Shown here one piece after another: positions 19,941 through 28,561 of a DNA stretch of 64,000 nucleotides. The translations under genes were made by a program, and so were the position numbers. The stretch lies in NCBI GenBank assembly GCA_021108005.1, contig JAIORS010000013.1:24291-88290 (forward strand), read 5' to 3'. The stretch comes from Candidatus Aegiribacteria sp. (GTDB lineage Bacteria; Fermentibacterota; Fermentibacteria; Fermentibacterales; JCC-6). Numbering within the stretch: position 1 is the first letter of the stretch; each line of letters begins with the position of its first letter. A model generated the notes under the pieces. It was not told where the DNA came from. It did no database searches and was given only the letters and a program-made list of their open reading frames with translations.

Positions 19941-20355
19941 CATTTACAGCAATTTATATAACATGGCATATTAAAGAATATGCCGAATATCAGAATCAAC
20001 CTTCACATCGGTTGAATTTGAGCAACTTAGCTATTAACTGCCAGAACCTTTTCGTTATCTCCAGTCAGTAAATTTTACCTGCAGTCTACTGCAGCGACAC
20101 ATAAAGCCGCGTCTACTTCGTAATGCTCATACATCTGTCCTTGACTTACTGTTTAAGTCATAGGTGTTAAGCTAAGACATATAATCTCGCTTAAGTTTTG
20201 GATCCACATCTTTCTACGATCCTTCGTAACGAAACCTGGTGAAATTTAGAATTATTTACAATCACTCGGATTGGTTCCTATAAATAGTATTGAGAGTATA
20301 CATGATAGTAGCGAATACGTTTTATTCCATCAAATTTAATAAACTGTTGCATGAA

Positions 20356-20379
20356 GGTAAGAAAGGTAAGTCCGACCTT
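20356..20379. repeat. Right arm of 24-bp inverted repeat (GGTAAGAAAGGTAAGTCCGACCTT)
   Basis: Pairs with 19917..19940. Overlaps the stop codon of the gene at 20378..21178 by 2 nt. Confidence 0.85.
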
Positions 20380-21178
20380 AGAGAATCTTATTCCAGCCGG
20401 CAGGGGTTCTACTGTAGCCTGACATTTCAAGGAGTAGTTCATCTTCATCCCAAGTAACAAACCTCAGGGCCTTGCAGCCCTGATGCTTCAGGAATTTTTC
20501 AAGAGTCTCAAGAAACTCATGTACTTCGCAGTTCTCCGCAATCTCAACCTCAGTTACTATACTGATCGCTCCCAGCTTCAGCATCATGCTGCCAAGCTTC
20601 TCTCCTGCAAGTTCGAGTATCAATTTTCCTTCATTGCTTTTCAGAAGGTGTGCTTCGTTCCTGATACTCTTTTCCATCTGCATCCTCCTGAGAATGAAAA
20701 CAGCTGCTGCATAAAGTACGACGAAGGAGAGAATGGCCGGTAGAACCGGCACCCTCCCCTGCAGCAATATCAGAATGGTAAGGAGAATTCCATGAGACAG
20801 AAATAGCAATCCCATAACTATGGACATCTCCCCGGAGAACTTCCTGTCGGTCGAGAATCCAGAGAACCTTTTCATCTGGGAAGCAAGCCACGGTTTTCCT
20901 CTGGCGGTCGATACAAGCAGTACTCCTGCCAGAATCAGTTCAAGAAGTACATATCCAGCTCCGCTGTATCCCTCAGCAGCCAGCATGTCACCCGCAAGGC
21001 TTGCGGCGGCCAGTACCGCACCCTCCAGAATGAGAACAGAGTGCTTCTTTTTGAAGAATACCTGCAGAAACAGGAATTCCCCCAATCCGAGAGAAAACAC
21101 CACCAGGGCGGCAATGTACCCTTTAAGAAAGATGTCAGCCGCGAGATATCCCGCTATTACAATAAGGGTTGAATACAT
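20378..21178 (-). CDS. Multi-pass membrane protein with a small soluble C-terminal domain (hypothetical)
   Basis: Roughly six hydrophobic segments, then an approx 90-aa soluble tail. Its start lies 1 nt after the clpB stop. Confidence 0.55.
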   Translation of the reverse strand: MYSTLIVIAGYLAADIFLKGYIAALVVFSLGLGEFLFLQVFFKKKHSVLILEGAVLAAASLAGDMLAAEGYSGAGYVLLELILAGVLLVSTARGKPWLASQMKRFSGFSTDRKFSGEMSIVMGLLFLSHGILLTILILLQGRVPVLPAILSFVVLYAAAVFILRRMQMEKSIRNEAHLLKSNEGKLILELAGEKLGSMMLKLGAISIVTEVEIAENCEVHEFLETLEKFLKHQGCKALRFVTWDEDELLLEMSGYSRTPAGWNKIL

Positions 21179-21179
21179 T

Positions 21180-23762
21180 CTATTCCGGTTTCATGACGAA
21201 ATTCTCACCTTCGGTATTCAGAAGTACTCTCTGCCCCTGATGTATTCTGCCGTCTATAATGGAGTTTGCCAACTCGTTCTGAACGTACCTCTGTATGACT
21301 CTTTTCAAGGGTCTTGCACCGAATGCAGGTTCGTATCCAAGCTTCGTCAGAAGATCCAGGGCCGATTCGGATGGAATAAGGGTTATGTTCTGTTCCTTCA
21401 GTATTCTGTTCAACCTTCTCAGTTGAATTTCGACGATCTCCCTCAGTTCCTCTCTGCCAAGTGGTCGGAAGACAATGATATCATCTATTCTGTTGAGGAA
21501 TTCAGGTCTGAAATGCGTACTGAGTTCCCGCTTTGCCCTTTCCGTAAGTTCTTTCTGGGTCAGCTTACCGGCTGCTTCAGCTATCCAGTCGCTGCCCAGG
21601 TTGCTGGTCATGATAATCACTGTGTTTCTAAAATCAACAGTTCTTCCCTGGCCGTCCGTCAGGCGGCCCTCGTCAAGTATCTGGAGAAATATGTTAAATA
21701 CTTGCTGATGGGCTTTTTCAATCTCATCGAACAGAACAACTGAGTAAGGCCTCCTTCTGACCGCTTCTGTCAGATACCCTCCCTCATCGTATCCGACGTA
21801 TCCGGGAGGAGCACCTATAAGCCTTGAAACGGAATGCTTTTCCATGAATTCGCTCATGTCAATTCTGATAAGGGCGTTCTCGTCATCGAAAAGGAAATCC
21901 GCAAGGGATCTTGCAAGTTCAGTCTTACCTACACCGGTAGGACCCATGAATATAAAACTGCCCAGTGGCCTGTTGGGGTCCTGAACGCTTGCCCTCGCTC
22001 TCCTGACAGCCTCTGAAACAGCAGAAACCGCCTCGTTCTGGCCAATAACCCTTTCGTGAAGCTCATCTTCAAGAGTGAGAAGCCGTTCCTTTTCACTCTC
22101 CATGAGCCTTGATACCGGAATGCCTGTCCATTTGGATACTACATCAGCGATGTCATCGGCAGTTATTTCTTCCGAAAGCATCGATCCTTCCTTCTGAAGT
22201 TCATCCAATCTCTCCTTCAGGGCTGCGGATTCATTTTCCAATTCACGAATCTTCCCGTACCGCAACTCCGCCACCTTTTCCAGATTTCCCTGGCGTTCAG
22301 CGATCTTGGCCTGCCCGCGAAATTCATCAACCTGTCTGGCGAAATCGCGTATTTTATCGATAAGATCTTTTTCGTTTTTCCAACTGAGTTCCAGCGCAGT
22401 TCTTTCTTCCTTGAGCTCGGCAAGTTGCTTCTCGATTATTTCAAGCTCAGCCTGACAGTCAGTTTCATCCTCTCTCAGAAGTCCTTCCCGTTCTATTTCA
22501 AGCCTCGTTATTCTTCGCCTGATCTCATCTATCACTTCGGGCATACTGTCAATTTCTATACGAAGACGGCTCGCGGCTTCATCTACAAGATCTATAGCCT
22601 TATCGGGCAGGAACCTGTCGGTGATGTATCGGTCGGACAGAGTGGCGGCAGCGATAAGTGCGGCGTCCTGAATAATTATCCCGTGATGCCTTTCGTATCT
22701 GTCACGTAGCCCGCGTAGAATACTTATCGTATCCTCCACAGAGGGTGCTTTTACAATAACGGGCTGGAAGCGCCTTTCAAGAGCAGCATCCTTCTCAATG
22801 TGTTTCCTGTATTCATCAAGAGTTGTTGCTCCTATGCAGTGCAGCTCTCCTCTTGCGAGGGCTGGTTTAAGCATATTGGCCGCATCAACAGCGCCTTCGG
22901 CGGCACCCGCACCTACAAGTGTATGCATCTCATCTATGAAGAGGATGATTCTTCCCTCAGCATCGGCTATCTCCTTGAGAACCGCCTTGAGTCTTTCCTC
23001 GAACTCTCCTCTGAATTTAGCACCGGCGACCAGGGCACCCATATCCAGTGCCATTACGCTTTTATTCCTGAGTGTTTCAGGGACATCACCCTCCGCTATC
23101 CGCCTTGCCAGCCCCTCAACAATCGCTGTTTTACCCACTCCGGGCTCTCCAATAAGAACTGGGTTGTTCTTTCTTCTCCGCCCCAGAACCTGCATGACCC
23201 TTCTGATCTCATCATCCCTTCCTATGACCGGGTCCAGCTTCTCCTGACGCGCCATTCCGGTAAGGTCCCTGGTGTACTTCTCCAGGGCTTTGTAATTGTC
23301 TTCGGATGATTCCGAACTGATTCTGGATGATCCCCTGACGGAAGCCAGAGCCTCCAGGAAAGCCTTTTTCGTGACTCCTTTTGAATGCAGTATATTCGCG
23401 ATCCTGTCTCCTGAATCCAGTAATCCCAGAAAGAGGTGTTCTCTGGCTATATACTCGTCCTTCATCTTCGAGGCGATATTCTCCGCTGTACCAAGTATCT
23501 TCACCAGATTTGAAGACATCCTGGGTTCTGAGCCGCCCCGGGTTTTTGGCAGCGAACTCAGTATACCTGTAATCTCATCTCTGATCGCCTGACGACTTAT
23601 TTCAAGGCTGTCGAGAACTCCAGCTATTGCACTGTTCTGATCATCAAGCAGAACAGCCGCAAGATGAACGGGGACTATCTCCGGATTACCAGCTTCAATT
23701 GCTATTCTACTGGCTTCCTGAATAGCTTCTTTTGATTTAGTTGTTAATTTCTCAAAGTTCAT
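21180..23762 (-). CDS. clpB: ATP-dependent chaperone ClpB
   Basis: 860 aa. Clp N-domain, two Walker A sites ([15 protein letters not shown]; [15 protein letters not shown]) and a long coiled-coil M-domain between the NBDs. Confidence 0.97.
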   Translation of the reverse strand: MNFEKLTTKSKEAIQEASRIAIEAGNPEIVPVHLAAVLLDDQNSAIAGVLDSLEISRQAIRDEITGILSSLPKTRGGSEPRMSSNLVKILGTAENIASKMKDEYIAREHLFLGLLDSGDRIANILHSKGVTKKAFLEALASVRGSSRISSESSEDNYKALEKYTRDLTGMARQEKLDPVIGRDDEIRRVMQVLGRRRKNNPVLIGEPGVGKTAIVEGLARRIAEGDVPETLRNKSVMALDMGALVAGAKFRGEFEERLKAVLKEIADAEGRIILFIDEMHTLVGAGAAEGAVDAANMLKPALARGELHCIGATTLDEYRKHIEKDAALERRFQPVIVKAPSVEDTISILRGLRDRYERHHGIIIQDAALIAAATLSDRYITDRFLPDKAIDLVDEAASRLRIEIDSMPEVIDEIRRRITRLEIEREGLLREDETDCQAELEIIEKQLAELKEERTALELSWKNEKDLIDKIRDFARQVDEFRGQAKIAERQGNLEKVAELRYGKIRELENESAALKERLDELQKEGSMLSEEITADDIADVVSKWTGIPVSRLMESEKERLLTLEDELHERVIGQNEAVSAVSEAVRRARASVQDPNRPLGSFIFMGPTGVGKTELARSLADFLFDDENALIRIDMSEFMEKHSVSRLIGAPPGYVGYDEGGYLTEAVRRRPYSVVLFDEIEKAHQQVFNIFLQILDEGRLTDGQGRTVDFRNTVIIMTSNLGSDWIAEAAGKLTQKELTERAKRELSTHFRPEFLNRIDDIIVFRPLGREELREIVEIQLRRLNRILKEQNITLIPSESALDLLTKLGYEPAFGARPLKRVIQRYVQNELANSIIDGRIHQGQRVLLNTEGENFVMKPE

Positions 23763-23830
23763 TGATTACCTCCTATTGATAAGATAGAAGTATATATCCT
23801 GCCAGGCAACCTTTGAGGACGGGGGACTGA

Positions 23831-23875
23831 CATCTTAACATTTCAATTATTACAGCAGCAACGAATGTTTAGATG
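23831..23875. promoter_or_regulatory. Inverted repeat CATCTTAACATT-N21-AATGTTTAGATG upstream of clpB
   Basis: 11 of 12 positions complementary. Lies 69-113 nt upstream of the clpB ATG. No match to CIRCE or HAIR consensus. Confidence 0.3.
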
Positions 23876-24028
23876 TTAGACCCGGCACCTTTTTGCCAAA
23901 TAAAGTCAAGAGTAAAGATTTGACCCCTTTTTTTTTCCTTTTTTTGACTTTACTGTTATCGCATCAAGTTGTAGTTTCCCTTAACCGGAAGACTGAATCA
24001 CTAATAAAAAACACAGGAAAGGAAACAC

Positions 24029-25018
24029 ATGTTTAAAACGGGAGTGATCGGACTTGGGTACTGGGGCCCCAATTTACTCAGAAATCTCTACGCCAACAAA
24101 CGGAACGGCGAGCTTATAATGTGCGATTCAGATACAACTCGTCTTGAAATAATGAAATTAAGATATCCTGATGTCAGTTACACATCGGATTACCGGGACA
24201 TTCTAAATGACAGCAGTCTTGATGCAGTTGTAGTAGCCACAAACGTCTCATCCCACTTTCCCCTCGCCAAAGAAGCTTTGCTCGCTGGAAAGCATGTATT
24301 TGTCGAAAAACCGTTTGCCGCCAGCATAGAACAGGCTGAGGAACTTGTTGAACTTGGCGAAAAGAACGGTCTTGTTACAATGGTTGGGCATACATTCATG
24401 TTCTCTCCTCCCGTTATTAAAGCAAAGGAAATTATCGACAGCGGTGAACTGGGGGAAATTCACTTCATCACTTCGAGCAGGGTAAATCTCGGACTGCACC
24501 AGAAGGATGTTTCAGTAATCTGGGACCTTGCTCCGCATGATTTCTCAATGCTGTTCTACTGGCTGGGAGAGGAACCCTCCAGCGTAAACGCCTTCGGTCA
24601 TGCTTACGTTCTTGATAAAATCCCGGATGTGGCATTCATCAACCTCGCTTTCCCGAGCGGTGCAATCGGTAACGTGCAGGTATCATGGCTTTCACCTTCG
24701 AAACTCAGAAGAACTGTCATCGTCGGCAGCAGAAAAATGCTCGTATACGATGATACAGAACCAATTGAGAAAATAAAGGTTTACGATAAGGGAGTTGAAG
24801 TCATTGAACCAGAGAGTTTTGGCGAATATCAACTCTCGTATAGAACGGGAGATATCCTTTCACCGAAGCTGCCAACGGGAGAACCTCTTGCGGCGGAGAT
24901 GGATGAATTTCTCAGGTGTATAGAGACTGGCAGTACTCCCATATCCTCCGGCGCGGAAGGTCTTGCAGTTGTGAGGGCTCTTGAACTGGCAGATGCCAGT
25001 CTGATGAAAACGGACTAA
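24029..25018 (+). CDS. Gfo/Idh/MocA family NAD(P)-dependent oxidoreductase
   Basis: N-terminal Rossmann motif GVIGLGYWGPN and the EKP motif (VFVEKPFA) typical of the family. Confidence 0.9.
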   Translation: MFKTGVIGLGYWGPNLLRNLYANKRNGELIMCDSDTTRLEIMKLRYPDVSYTSDYRDILNDSSLDAVVVATNVSSHFPLAKEALLAGKHVFVEKPFAASIEQAEELVELGEKNGLVTMVGHTFMFSPPVIKAKEIIDSGELGEIHFITSSRVNLGLHQKDVSVIWDLAPHDFSMLFYWLGEEPSSVNAFGHAYVLDKIPDVAFINLAFPSGAIGNVQVSWLSPSKLRRTVIVGSRKMLVYDDTEPIEKIKVYDKGVEVIEPESFGEYQLSYRTGDILSPKLPTGEPLAAEMDEFLRCIETGSTPISSGAEGLAVVRALELADASLMKTD

Positions 25019-25036
25019 AGAAGGGAACCTCAGTAC

Positions 25037-25981
25037 ATGGATTCTTCAGTACAGCTGAGAACTGAGGAGCTTTGTATAACGGATAACTCAAAAGTACCAC
25101 TTGACTTAGCGGTTCTTGCAGGATCAATGACAGTTCTTCTTGGTGATGATGAAACCATCGCCTCGGATCTTGCCCTTATTCTAGCAGGCCGAAGATTACC
25201 TGTTTCAGGAAATATTCAACTTGGTGATGATAACTTGAGTATTCACAGCCATAGCGCAAGGGGCAGGATTGAATACGTTTCCTGCAATTTCTCATGCCCT
25301 GATGGAATGACTGTATCAGGGTATTTCTCGCTTGCGGCAGCTGCAGCTGGCTATAGCAGAAAAGAAACCGGAGAAATCCTGTCCCAGCTCTACAGCTGGT
25401 GTTCGCTTGAAAACCTTATAGATGAAGAAGTAAATAGGCTTTCACCCGACAATCGGTATCTGGTAACATTCGCTGCCGCATGCCTGCCTGTTCCTGATGT
25501 ATTTGTACTGCAGGGTCCTTTTTCCGAAAATTTGCATCCCCTTCTTGAAAATCTCTGTCAGAGCGGTTGCGCAGTTATAGCATCCCTTCCCGAAATACAG
25601 TACATACCTCAATCCGCTGATAGAATTGCTATATGCGATTCACATGATGTGAGGAGAATAGTCAGGCTTCAGGAACTATCAGATGCATGTTCAATTCTTA
25701 TGAGGCTTCATGTCAAGTTCTTTCCTGCTCTCCCCAGGGCTGTGATGGAAAGCCTTCCTGGCGCGAAGGATATTGTGGCAGTACAGGGAGGATACGAATT
25801 CTACCATGCCGGGCTCTCCGCTGCCGTAACAAATCTGGTTAACCTTGCCAGAGCTAATTCAAGACAGATAACCGGGTTTGAAGTTAGACCGCCATCGAAC
25901 TCCGAACTGGTGGAATTCTATACCACTGACGATGAACCTGGAGAGGCGGATCTTTTTTGGGCAGAAGACCTGGATATCTGA
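25037..25981 (+). CDS. ABC-transporter ATPase-like protein with degenerate nucleotide-binding motifs
   Basis: ABC-fold layout is recognisable (SGNIQLGDDNL; signature-like LSPDNRY; C-terminal domain ending ...ITGFEVRPPSNSELVEFY). The Walker A position reads LLGDDETIAS and Walker B reads DVFVLQGPF. Confidence 0.6.
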   Translation: MDSSVQLRTEELCITDNSKVPLDLAVLAGSMTVLLGDDETIASDLALILAGRRLPVSGNIQLGDDNLSIHSHSARGRIEYVSCNFSCPDGMTVSGYFSLAAAAAGYSRKETGEILSQLYSWCSLENLIDEEVNRLSPDNRYLVTFAAACLPVPDVFVLQGPFSENLHPLLENLCQSGCAVIASLPEIQYIPQSADRIAICDSHDVRRIVRLQELSDACSILMRLHVKFFPALPRAVMESLPGAKDIVAVQGGYEFYHAGLSAAVTNLVNLARANSRQITGFEVRPPSNSELVEFYTTDDEPGEADLFWAEDLDI

Positions 25982-26007
25982 GAATATGGGCCTGTGTATT
26001 CCGGTAC

Positions 26008-26646
26008 ATGTCGGAATGGGCTCTACGTCGACAACTATTTGTATGGATTTTGCTTGCCGCTCCCTTCATCGTGTGGATACTTCCAGGACGGACCGCAATC
26101 CCGTTTCTACCTCTGGTAATATCCTGCATCACTTACTGCGGACCTGCGGCATTTCTTGTCGGATGGCGTGAATCGGATGCAAGAAACAATCTTGCTGATA
26201 TCCTGTTTCAGTCAAAAGCCGGCAAGTACTCACTTATACTTCCGGAAATATTTCTTCCTTTTCTCGCAGGTGCTCTCCCCGCTCTGGGGCTGGCCGCTAT
26301 CTGGACAGCCGGAAAGTGTGGATTCCCATGGCAGCTTTGGGCTGTTATTCCATTTGCCTCATTGACCGCGGTTTCAGTAACGATTCTGCTGGAGAAATAC
26401 CTGAACCAGACTGGATATATTCTCAGCCTTCTGGCCTTCATGGCCCAGGCTTCCACTGCATCATGGACTCTTTCCCCGGTTTTCCAGCTTCTTATTCCCC
26501 ATGGATACGTTCTTTGGACACTGAGATGGATTGAAGACAACGGAGCTGCCTTCCATGGTGATATCTACGTTTTCTTCGCGGTGATTGAGGGAATCGGACT
26601 GATGCTCCTTACAATTAAAGCACTCTCACAAACAAGTGACGACTGA
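26008..26646 (+). CDS. Multi-pass membrane protein, putative ABC-2-type permease partner
   Basis: Five to six hydrophobic helices directly after the ATPase-like gene. Start ambiguous: ATG 26008 or TTG 25957, the latter overlapping the upstream gene. Confidence 0.5.
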   Translation: MSEWALRRQLFVWILLAAPFIVWILPGRTAIPFLPLVISCITYCGPAAFLVGWRESDARNNLADILFQSKAGKYSLILPEIFLPFLAGALPALGLAAIWTAGKCGFPWQLWAVIPFASLTAVSVTILLEKYLNQTGYILSLLAFMAQASTASWTLSPVFQLLIPHGYVLWTLRWIEDNGAAFHGDIYVFFAVIEGIGLMLLTIKALSQTSDD

Positions 26647-26669
26647 TTATAGATCTGCATCCAGGCTGA

Positions 26670-27266
26670 TTATTTCTCTCGTGAAGTATTTGAAACCCAT
26701 CTGGAACCCCTGAGGGAAAATCTTCTTCGAAGGTTAGTAGCCTTTGTGATACCGATACGCTTTGTGACAGATATTTTGAGTTTTTCATCTGCGATCGGAA
26801 CAAGCACTTGAATTTCACCGTCTAGCAGTGAGATGCCATTGTGTCTTCTGTCTATTCCGAATGCCTGACAAAGTTTGCCAGGACCGCTGCAAAGATTCTC
26901 AGGTTCTTCCGTCCCACGGTTCTCAACCATCAGTTCGATACCCTCAAAGGGATTCACCGCACGGATGAGCACGGCTTCTCCCCTTCCGGGAATTCCGGAT
27001 GTTACATTGAAGCAGTTGTGAACACCGTAGATAAGATAAACGTAAGCCAGGCCGCCCCTTTCGAACATAGGTCCGTTCCTGTCAGTTCTGCCCTTGAAGG
27101 AATGGCTTGCGGGATCATCCTCGGTGTAAGCCTCCGTTTCTACTATTACACCGGAGATGAATCCTCCGCCAGCCTTCTTTCGTAAAAGGCAGCCAATAAG
27201 ATCGTGGGCAAGGATTTCAGCACTTCTGCTGAAAAACCCATCCGGTGGCGTTGTAAAATACTTCAG
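26670..27266 (-). CDS. DNA-3-methyladenine glycosylase (AAG/MPG family), apparently with a non-canonical start codon
   Basis: The track ORF (from ATG 27068) holds only the C-terminal two thirds. The same frame stays open upstream and encodes conserved N-terminal family sequence (FFSRSAEILAHDLIGCLL...GVIVETEAYTEDDPASHSF). There is no ATG/GTG/TTG in that stretch. AGGAGG at 27278-27273 is followed by ATT (27269) and CTG (27266). Confidence 0.75.
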   Translation of the reverse strand: MKYFTTPPDGFFSRSAEILAHDLIGCLLRKKAGGGFISGVIVETEAYTEDDPASHSFKGRTDRNGPMFERGGLAYVYLIYGVHNCFNVTSGIPGRGEAVLIRAVNPFEGIELMVENRGTEEPENLCSGPGKLCQAFGIDRRHNGISLLDGEIQVLVPIADEKLKISVTKRIGITKATNLRRRFSLRGSRWVSNTSREK

Positions 27267-27358
27267 AATTCTCCTCCTGTTTCACATTGGTAGAATATCG
27301 TACATTATGAATTGAGGGAAAGCAAGCTATACTCTGTATTTCTGATTTGGAGGATAAA

Positions 27359-27739
27359 ATGAATGATTGTCCGTTCTGTAATCCCGATGAAGACAGGATT
27401 ATCTGGAAAGATGAAAATGTGTACATCATCCGCGACCTTTACCCGGTTTCTCCTTCACACACTCTCATCATACCCTTCAGGCACTTCGCAAGTGTATTCG
27501 ACGCCACCAGAGAAGAACTAACCTCAATTTCCCACGCGCTGGGTTTCAGAAAGAAGCAGCTTGAGCAATCACTGGCAGCAGACGGCTACAACATCGGAGT
27601 GAATGAAGGAAAGGCAGCCGGACAAACGATACCTCATGTACATATTCATCTTATCCCCAGATTCGAACGTGATGTAGAAGATCCAAGAGGAGGAATAAGA
27701 GGAGTGATTCCTGAGAAAAAAACGTACTCCGTTTCCTAG
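27359..27739 (+). CDS. HIT family hydrolase
   Basis: Histidine triad HVHIHLIPR. ATG at 27359 follows GGAGGA. Confidence 0.9.
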   Translation: MNDCPFCNPDEDRIIWKDENVYIIRDLYPVSPSHTLIIPFRHFASVFDATREELTSISHALGFRKKQLEQSLAADGYNIGVNEGKAAGQTIPHVHIHLIPRFERDVEDPRGGIRGVIPEKKTYSVS

Positions 27740-27833
27740 ACAACAAGATTTCCCGGGCAAATCGTGCTGATCCCCCAACTGCAATGCGCGTATATATGAT
27801 TATCACATATACTCAAAAAGGAAACTGTAAAAC

Positions 27834-28550
27834 ATGGATTCACTCGAGAAAACACTGAAAGGCATTAAAGCACCACTTGTACTAGATATCGCCACAGGGA
27901 ACGGAAACTTCGCCGGTCTTCTGAGAAAAGAGTATCAGGGAATTGGCACAATCATAGGAATCGACATAAGCCAGAAGGGGCTGGGAAAATTCAGGGAAGT
28001 CCTGAAAAATATCGGAAATATGCTCCCGGTGTGTATGGACTCATCGGAAATGGCTTTTCCCGATGAAAGCCTCGATATGGTCTGTATTTCCAATTCACTT
28101 CATCATATGGCGAATCTGGATGATACCTTGAAGGAAATGATGCGGGTACTCAGACATGGGGGATACTTTCTTGTGAGCGAGATGTACTGCGACAACCAGA
28201 CCGAAGCTCAGATGACACACGTTCTGATGCATGAGTGGTGGGCATCCATCGATGCACTGCATCGAGTACCTCATTTCAGTACTTTTCCAAGGAAGAAAAT
28301 CCTTCATATGCTCGAAGAGCTTGGTCTGGATGAGATGATAACAGATGACTATTCTTCCCTGGACAGCGATCCGATGGATAAAGAAGTAATAGACCATTTA
28401 AACGGAGCCATCGACACCTACATCAGCAGAACGCAAGATATTGAGGATAACTCCGAACTGCTTAAACGGGGCGAAGAGCTAAGAAGAAGGCTTCACAGAA
28501 TCGGCTTTCATGGAGCAACTTCTCTGGCTGTACTTGGTAAAAAACCATAG
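27834..28550 (+). CDS. Class I SAM-dependent methyltransferase
   Basis: Motif I VLDIATGNGNFA and post-I/II motifs (IIGIDIS; DMVCISNSLHHM). Confidence 0.85.
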   Translation: MDSLEKTLKGIKAPLVLDIATGNGNFAGLLRKEYQGIGTIIGIDISQKGLGKFREVLKNIGNMLPVCMDSSEMAFPDESLDMVCISNSLHHMANLDDTLKEMMRVLRHGGYFLVSEMYCDNQTEAQMTHVLMHEWWASIDALHRVPHFSTFPRKKILHMLEELGLDEMITDDYSSLDSDPMDKEVIDHLNGAIDTYISRTQDIEDNSELLKRGEELRRRLHRIGFHGATSLAVLGKKP

Positions 28551-28561
28551 GTTGAAGCGGA

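Noticed and set aside
20820-21743. Long ORFs in the track lying antisense to, or out of frame within, well-supported genes. Examples: 20820-21743, 22798-23309, 30084-31370, 36891-37526, 15104-15874, 16241-16891, 46684-47448, 52470-53237.
   Set aside because: They overlap strongly supported CDSs (clpB, tamB, chlD-like, oxidoreductase subunits, ispDF, gmk-coaB). Their compositions are low-complexity, Ser/Pro/Arg-rich, as is typical of shadow frames. They show no recognisable motifs or RBS.
23900-23950. CtsR-like heptads (GGTCAAA / AGTCAAA on the minus strand) upstream of clpB.
   Set aside because: The CtsR operator is a direct heptad repeat separated by 3 nt. Here the two heptads are 17 nt apart within a poly-T/poly-A tract, so the resemblance is probably fortuitous.
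27217-27429. 70-aa minus-strand ORF spanning the MPG/HIT intergenic region.
   Set aside because: It overlaps the start of the HIT gene on the opposite strand. It is out of frame with the conserved N-terminal extension of the glycosylase gene and has no motif.
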